From contig CAZLDI010000002.1 of assembly GCA_964558415.1 (NCBI GenBank), positions 10,712 through 74,711 on the forward strand: DNA of 64,000 nucleotides. The letters are read 5' to 3'. This DNA comes from an uncultured Dehalococcoidia bacterium (GTDB taxonomy: Bacteria > Chloroflexota > Dehalococcoidia > SM23-28-2 > RBG-16-64-32). A model generated the notes under the pieces. That model did not search any database and was not told the origin of the DNA. It was given only the letters and a program-made list of their open reading frames with translations. Both the position numbers and the translations under genes were made by a program. Below, piece by piece: positions 58,576-64,000 of this stretch (the stretch's first letter is position 1; every line of letters begins with the position of its first letter).

Positions 58576-60569
58576 ACCGGCTCCAGAATGAGGTTGCGGA
58601 AGGCATCGACCTCCGCCTGCCACCCGGGGGGAACGACGGTGGTGGAATCCATCTGCATAACGACAGCGGGCGCGGTGATGCGCGCTCCGCGCGCGACGCG
58701 GCGGCGGTCATAGATCGGCGTCTGGGTAGGACCGTTTGCGAACCAGACGTCACGGTACTCGTCGGGATTGGGATTGGTGCTACGCTTGCGCGTCGGTCGG
58801 CTCTGCGGCGGGCTCGGAGCGGTCAGTGATGGCAGCAGCAGTTTGATTCGGAGGGTGACGATCTCGACAGCGCGGGAGGGGTCGCTGTGGCCGTAGCGCT
58901 GCTGGTGGGCGACGTGGAAAGCAGGTATGAAGGCACCCGGGTCGAGGGGATCGACCCGGACCGGTAGCTCGTAAGACTGGCCCACGTATCGCATCTGGAG
59001 GAAGGTCTGGACGGCGAGACCCGCGAGCGCGAAGCCTTCCGCCTCGAATTCGGCGCGGCCTCGATGCTCCAGTTCTGAATGGGCGTGGGCAAGTCGCGCG
59101 ACGAACGTGTCCCCCCCGAGGCGGAGCATCAGCGTTGTGGACACGTCTTTGACGATCGGCGCCGTTGCCATGCCGAGGGCGGACAGGACGCCCGGATGGG
59201 GTGGTATCAGGACCCGCGGGATGTGGAGGGCAGCAGCGAGGCCGCAGGCATGGAGCGGCCCGGCACCGCCGAAGGCGACGAGCGTGAACTCCCGCGGGTC
59301 GTGGCCGCGCTCGACGGAGACGCGGCGCAATGCGGACTCCATGTGGGCGTTGGCGACGCGGACGATAGAGCCTGCGGCGAGATGCGGATCACCGCCGAAC
59401 GGCTCCGCGATGCTCCGAAGAGCCTCCGTGGAGCGGTCAACATCGATCGCCATGCGACCGCCGAGGAAGTGTTGCGGGGCTATGCGTCCCAGAGCGACGT
59501 GCGCGTCGGTGACGGTAGGGCGAGCGCCGAGCCCGTAACAGGCCGGGCCGGGATCCGCTCCGGCGCTCTCCGGCCCCACTCGCAGAATGCCTCCCTCATC
59601 GAGGCGCACGAGGGAGCCGCCGCCCGCGCCAACACTGATGACATCGATGGTGGGCCCGCGGATCGGGAGGTCGCCAACGGCTGTCTCGTCGCGCTCCAGG
59701 ACGGCGCCGGGACAGAGAGAGACATCGGTCGAGGTTCCGCCCATATCCAGCGTGATGATCCGCTGGTACCCCGCCTGCTGCGCGAGGGCGAACGCACCGG
59801 CGACGCCGCCCGCAGGGCCCGAAACGGCGGTGCGGACCGCGAGCCGCCCGGCGGCCTGCGCGCTCATACAGCCGCCGTTCGAAGCCATGATGCGTAGCCG
59901 CGCCACGCCCCGTCCGGCAAGGCCTGCGCTCAGGCGGGTGAGGTAGCGCGAGATCACCGGGGCGACGCAGGCGTTGGCCACGGTTGTGCTCGTGCGTTCG
60001 TACTCGCGGTGCTCGGGTAGCACCTCGTGGGAGACCGACGTGGGGATGCCCCGCAGCCGCGCAGCCGCCGCGACGACCCGCTCGTGCTCCGGATTGAGGA
60101 ACGAAAAGAGGAAGCAGACCGCCAGGGACTCGATGCCGGCGGCCTCCAGCCGGTCGAGCAACGTCTCGACCTCCGTGGCGTCGATCGGCTCGAGGACGTC
60201 TCCGTGATGGTCGAGTCGTTCATTCGCTTCCAGCCGTAGATCCTCTGGGACGAGCGGCGGCGGGCGGTGGGGCGAGAGATCGTACAACTTTGGGCGGGTC
60301 TGGCGGCCGATAACCAGAGTGTCGCGGAAACCACGGGTGGTGATCAGAGCGGTGCGGGCGCCTCGCCGTTCGATGATCGCGTTGGTAGCGACGGTTGTGC
60401 CGTGGACCAGCTCGTCCGGAGTCACGGCCATCTCCGCCAGGCCGTCGAGGATGGCGCGGGCAGGCTCGCCGGGTGTAGCTGGCCGCTTGTGGATCGTGAC
60501 GGAGCCGTCATCAGCGACAAGATAGAAGTCGGTGAAGGTCCCACCGGTGTCGACGCCGAGCACGGCCAT
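58572..60569 (-). CDS. Hydantoinase A / 5-oxoprolinase subunit
   Basis: GVDTGGTFTD, HGTTVATN, SGPAGG, DMGGTSTD, GAGGGS, FGGAGPLH. Confidence 0.93.
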   Translation of the reverse strand: MAVLGVDTGGTFTDFYLVADDGSVTIHKRPATPGEPARAILDGLAEMAVTPDELVHGTTVATNAIIERRGARTALITTRGFRDTLVIGRQTRPKLYDLSPHRPPPLVPEDLRLEANERLDHHGDVLEPIDATEVETLLDRLEAAGIESLAVCFLFSFLNPEHERVVAAAARLRGIPTSVSHEVLPEHREYERTSTTVANACVAPVISRYLTRLSAGLAGRGVARLRIMASNGGCMSAQAAGRLAVRTAVSGPAGGVAGAFALAQQAGYQRIITLDMGGTSTDVSLCPGAVLERDETAVGDLPIRGPTIDVISVGAGGGSLVRLDEGGILRVGPESAGADPGPACYGLGARPTVTDAHVALGRIAPQHFLGGRMAIDVDRSTEALRSIAEPFGGDPHLAAGSIVRVANAHMESALRRVSVERGHDPREFTLVAFGGAGPLHACGLAAALHIPRVLIPPHPGVLSALGMATAPIVKDVSTTLMLRLGGDTFVARLAHAHSELEHRGRAEFEAEGFALAGLAVQTFLQMRYVGQSYELPVRVDPLDPGAFIPAFHVAHQQRYGHSDPSRAVEIVTLRIKLLLPSLTAPSPPQSRPTRKRSTNPNPDEYRDVWFANGPTQTPIYDRRRVARGARITAPAVVMQMDSTTVVPPGWQAEVDAFRNLILEPV

Positions 60570-60703
60570 GAGCGTAGTTTACGAGCGGGGGGCAGACGGT
60601 GCACAGTAGATACCGATCTGCGCGATCGCACCCAAATCGTATCTGAGCTGCTTCGAATCCACACCCTTCCCGTTCACGTTAGGGTTATGGTACTCTGCGG
60701 GCC

Positions 60704-61399
60704 ATGGGAACGCTCATAGATATGCACATCCATACGATCGTCGGGTCGATGGACAGCGACCTCTCGCCGAAGCGGCTGGGGGAGCAGGCGCGGGAGGTGG
60801 GGCTGACCGGGGTGGCGCTGACGGAGCACCTTCACCAGTGGCAGTCGGACGAGGTGCAGCACTTCCGTCAGGAGTACGGGCTGTTCGTGTTCAACGCGCG
60901 AGAGTGGTCCACGGACATGGGCCACATCGTGGTCCTGGGGCTCCCGCGCGAAGTGCGCGGCATCCACCGGGCCAGCGACCTGAGGTCGGCGTGCCAGGAG
61001 TACGGGGCGTTCATGATCCTCTGCCACCCGTTCCGTTACTTTCCCGGGCCCTCCAGCCTGCTGTTCGGCAACCGCCGTGACCAGGGGTCTCTGACGATAG
61101 AGGAGATGGCGGCGCACCCGGTGTTCGCTATGGTTGACGCGATCGAGGTGTTGAACGGCGGTTGCATCGACCGCGAGAACCGGCTGGCTCAGGACGTGGC
61201 GCGCCATCTGCGCATGCCCCAGACTGGCGGGAGCGATGCCCACATGCCGCTCGAAGTCGGGCGGTACGCGACGCTGTTTGAGAAGGACTTGGAGAGCGAA
61301 GACGATATGCTGTCGGAGATGCGCGCAGGTCGGTTCCGGGCCGTTCGGCGCACGATGCCGAAGGTGTTCGAACCTCTGGAAGAGGCAGTCGCCCAGTAA
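60704..61399 (+). CDS. PHP-domain metallophosphoesterase
   Basis: DMHIHT, LTEH, GH, HP, IEVLNG, GGSDAH. Confidence 0.9.
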   Translation: MGTLIDMHIHTIVGSMDSDLSPKRLGEQAREVGLTGVALTEHLHQWQSDEVQHFRQEYGLFVFNAREWSTDMGHIVVLGLPREVRGIHRASDLRSACQEYGAFMILCHPFRYFPGPSSLLFGNRRDQGSLTIEEMAAHPVFAMVDAIEVLNGGCIDRENRLAQDVARHLRMPQTGGSDAHMPLEVGRYATLFEKDLESEDDMLSEMRAGRFRAVRRTMPKVFEPLEEAVAQ

Positions 61400-61463
61400 C
61401 TGTGTAGGAAGCGAGCGCGGGAGGCGGGAACTCCTGAAACCGGACAACCCATAGCACGGAGGC

Positions 61464-61874
61464 ATGATCATGGACGGCTGGCTTCGCGCGGGTCTGGCGT
61501 TTCTGGCGATCGGTTCGCTCGCAGTGGGCATCTGGCAGCTATTCGGACCGCAGTCATTCTACGATGACTTTCCGGGTGCCGGTCACCAGTGGGTCTCCGC
61601 GCTGCCGCCCTACAACGAGCATTTGATGAGGGACGCGGGCGGGTTGAACATCGCCCTCGGGATCGTGGTGGGTTGGGGGGCGGTCTCGCTGCAGCGCGGC
61701 CTCGTGCTGGCCGGACTGATCGCGTACCTGGTGAACGCACTCTCGCACTTCATCTTCCACCTCTTCAACCTTGAGGGGATGGAGATGGACGATCAGGTGG
61801 GCAATGCTGTCACCCTGGGGTTCGTGATTGTGCTGCCGTCCCTGCTGCTGGTGCTGGCCGCGCGGCGGACTTAA
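61464..61874 (+). CDS. Hypothetical membrane protein (4 TM)
   Basis: P.SFYDDFPG..W...PPYNEHLMRD.G; HF.FH; GGAGG RBS. Confidence 0.75.
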   Translation: MIMDGWLRAGLAFLAIGSLAVGIWQLFGPQSFYDDFPGAGHQWVSALPPYNEHLMRDAGGLNIALGIVVGWGAVSLQRGLVLAGLIAYLVNALSHFIFHLFNLEGMEMDDQVGNAVTLGFVIVLPSLLLVLAARRT

Positions 61875-62296
61875 CGGCGGCCGAAGAGGCCGCCCTTGCC
61901 CTTGAGGCCGCCGAGGAACTTACCCCAGGCGGCCTCGGCGGAACCGGCCCGCGCGAGGTCGCGGACGCGTTCGGCGATGATGTCGCGGACGCGGCCCTCT
62001 TCGCCGGCATCCAGCCAGTAACCGTGCTCCTCCTCGCAGGTGTCCAGTTCGAGGTCGTAAGCGCGGTAGTTGAACAAAGTCATGCGCTTGTCGCAGATGG
62101 GGCAGTCCAGCTCGCTCGGACGCTCACCGAAGGAGATAGTGGCACGCCGCTCCTCTGCCGTTGAGGCGGTCGTAGCTTCCAGTTGGTCGAGCTCGTGATG
62201 GTCGAGCCAGCGTCCGTTGCACTTGGCACAGCGGTCAACTTGAATGCCGTGGTGTGATTCCGTGGAGAGGGAGGTGTGATCGCGGGGACAGTTCAT
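61871..62296 (-). CDS. zf-TFIIB-like double zinc-ribbon protein
   Basis: MNCPRD...VDRC.KC.G.WLD..EL and CPIC...LDTC...GYWLDAGE. Confidence 0.85.
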   Translation of the reverse strand: MNCPRDHTSLSTESHHGIQVDRCAKCNGRWLDHHELDQLEATTASTAEERRATISFGERPSELDCPICDKRMTLFNYRAYDLELDTCEEEHGYWLDAGEEGRVRDIIAERVRDLARAGSAEAAWGKFLGGLKGKGGLFGRR

Positions 62297-62342
62297 GCGA
62301 TCAGTGTACAGAGCGCGCGGGTTAAGTGACAGGCGGCGCCGG

Positions 62343-63146
62343 TCACGGTGCGCTGACCTCCCGAAGCGCGATGGACAGTGTGCCGCCGTTTAGCTGTGCA
62401 GCGCGCAGGCGGGCCTCCGCTTCGTTAAGGCCAAAGATGACGGGGCGGCCGTCCGTGATCGCCTGCTGGATTTTCGGAGCGCCGATGAGGATGTCGTCGA
62501 GGAAGATGCCGAGAGGATACCCGGGCAGGCGGCTCGTGATCTCCTCAAGAAGCTCGCTCCCTTCGGTCGTGAGCTGCATCTTCAGGCCTGAGGGCTCCTC
62601 AGCAACTGTCCACTCGCCCGGTACGGCGTCCGCTCCAGTGATCGCTTCCTGCTGCCCGGTCTCTGACGCGAACGTCGACTCCCAGAAGACCTTGCCCCGC
62701 TGCTGGGGCGTGAAGCAATGGGCGGGCTGGCGGCTCACCTCGTCCGGGCCAATCAGGTCGGGGACGACCGCGAACAGCTCGCCCTCCGGCGTCTGGCAGA
62801 CCACGGATCCGCCCTCGATGAGCCTGGGGAAGCGGAACTCCAGGAACGCGCGCTCAAGCACAAGACGGCGCGCTGTCGCTTCGTCGATGCCGCTCATGAT
62901 CGCCGAGATCGTGTCCGGCCCGCTGACCGAAATCTCGGCGTCCGCGCCGTACGCGTCTGCGCGCGCCTGAAGTAGAGCTACGATCGCCGACAGGTCCGGC
63001 GCTTCGTTTGATTGCTCAGGCGACAGCGTCAGGGTGATCGAGGATGAGCCGCAGGCTGTCAGAATGAGGCCAAGCGACGCCAGAAGGGCTCGTAGCGGAC
63101 CGCGGCTCGCGCTAACCAGCGAGTATCGCCCGGATCTGCGCGGCAT
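62343..63146 (-). CDS. Lipoprotein with stand-alone SecD P1-head-like domain
   Basis: Lipobox LTAC; LGIFLDDILIGAPKIQQAITDG..VIFG....EA...A.QL.GG.L; no following TM helices. Confidence 0.7.
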   Translation of the reverse strand: MPRRSGRYSLVSASRGPLRALLASLGLILTACGSSSITLTLSPEQSNEAPDLSAIVALLQARADAYGADAEISVSGPDTISAIMSGIDEATARRLVLERAFLEFRFPRLIEGGSVVCQTPEGELFAVVPDLIGPDEVSRQPAHCFTPQQRGKVFWESTFASETGQQEAITGADAVPGEWTVAEEPSGLKMQLTTEGSELLEEITSRLPGYPLGIFLDDILIGAPKIQQAITDGRPVIFGLNEAEARLRAAQLNGGTLSIALREVSAP

Positions 63147-63549
63147 GCTCGTGGTCGTGAGCGGATGTGTTCTCCAGTACGCTAAGGATGCTGTACTCGT
63201 CGTGGCCGAGCGTCCGGATGGTGTAGAAGGTGTCCTCAGTCGTGCCTTCGAGCGCGCCGATGATGCGTGCGCGGCTGGCTTCGAGTTGCCGGTGCGCGTC
63301 GGATGCGGATGTGGGTGAATCCTCGGCGACGACATTGGCCGGACGGCTGTTGAGGAACGCGATCGCCTGGGTGTACAGTCGCTCGGAATGAATGACGTGC
63401 TCCAGCACGCGCCGGACGGTCCAACCGCCGCGGCGGCCGCGCTCGAAGTCGGTGTCCGAGAGAGCGTCGACGACCGCGAGAAGATCCCGGCGCGAGGCCT
63501 CTATGTCCTGCCGGTTGGACGTTAGTTCTGCGTGGAAGGTGCAGGTCAT
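63112..63549 (-). CDS. DinB family protein
   Basis: GGWTVRRVLEHV...AHDHEHAAQI. Confidence 0.85.
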   Translation of the reverse strand: MTCTFHAELTSNRQDIEASRRDLLAVVDALSDTDFERGRRGGWTVRRVLEHVIHSERLYTQAIAFLNSRPANVVAEDSPTSASDAHRQLEASRARIIGALEGTTEDTFYTIRTLGHDEYSILSVLENTSAHDHEHAAQIRAILAG

Positions 63550-64000
63550 TGGCGCGCCCGGCTCTTCAGACCCTCGTTCATGCTTCCCATTCGGTACCCG
63601 CCGAGGTCGAACGTCACGTACAGATAGCCCAGGGCGTTGAGCTTTTCGGTGACTTCCTGCCGCTTCGCCAGCAGCGCGTCCATTCCCGGGCCGTCTGTTT
63701 CTATCCGCGCGAGTGTGTCGCCGGAGGGGAGGACGTGGTGGCGGACGCGTAGTTGGCGCAGGCCCAGCGTACGCAGGAACTGCTCGGCGCGATCGACGCT
63801 GCTCAGCGCCTCCACGGTGACCGCCGTGCCGTAGGGGATGCGAGAGGAGAGACAGGCCATCGCGGGCTTGTCCCACGTCGGCAGGCCACGTTCGCGGGAT
63901 AGCTCGCGGATCTCCGCCTTGTTTAAGCCGGCGTCGATGAGCGGGCTGCGGACGGCGTGGCTTGCGGCGGCGCGGCGGCCGGGGCGGAAGTCGCCGGTGT
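63546..64000 (-). CDS. larE: ATP-dependent sacrificial sulfur transferase LarE-like (5' part outside window)
   Basis: DFRPG...SPL..AGL.K.EIR..S...GLPTWDKPAMACLSSRIPYG, RVRHH, DL.GYR.GSMN. Confidence 0.9.
   Translation of the reverse strand, partial: TGDFRPGRRAAASHAVRSPLIDAGLNKAEIRELSRERGLPTWDKPAMACLSSRIPYGTAVTVEALSSVDRAEQFLRTLGLRQLRVRHHVLPSGDTLARIETDGPGMDALLAKRQEVTEKLNALGYLYVTFDLGGYRMGSMNEGLKSRARQ

Overview
GC-rich, gene-dense bacterial chromosome segment. Gene content and style suggest Chloroflexota, probably Dehalococcoidia-like (inference). About 65 CDS. I found no tRNA, rRNA, CRISPR array or transposase. Main blocks: YciI pair with split ADP-forming acyl-CoA synthetase; a B12 acyl-CoA mutase with an isobutyryl-CoA mutase signature; a redox/Fe-S island (NuoG-like, nuoI, nuoB, sodN/sodX, iscS, sufBCDSU); CADD/RNase Z-like/gpsA; thiolase plus DUF35; a small Eco29kI-type restriction-modification island; a xanthine-dehydrogenase-family molybdoenzyme operon with MocA; MarR-MFS; tupABC; hydantoinase/oxoprolinase A+B; partial larE. 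Top observations: (1) an operon of three tandem paralogs that each fuse an N-terminal J-domain, one TM helix and FKBP PPIase domain(s), where only one keeps the HPD motif; (2) a probable selenoprotein missed by the ORF track (in-frame TGA in SPT-U-EM-C followed by a SECIS-like hairpin); (3) a palindromic repeat inserted in frame in iscS; (4) a promoter-terminator leader before a divergent pyrE; (5) many apparently leaderless genes.
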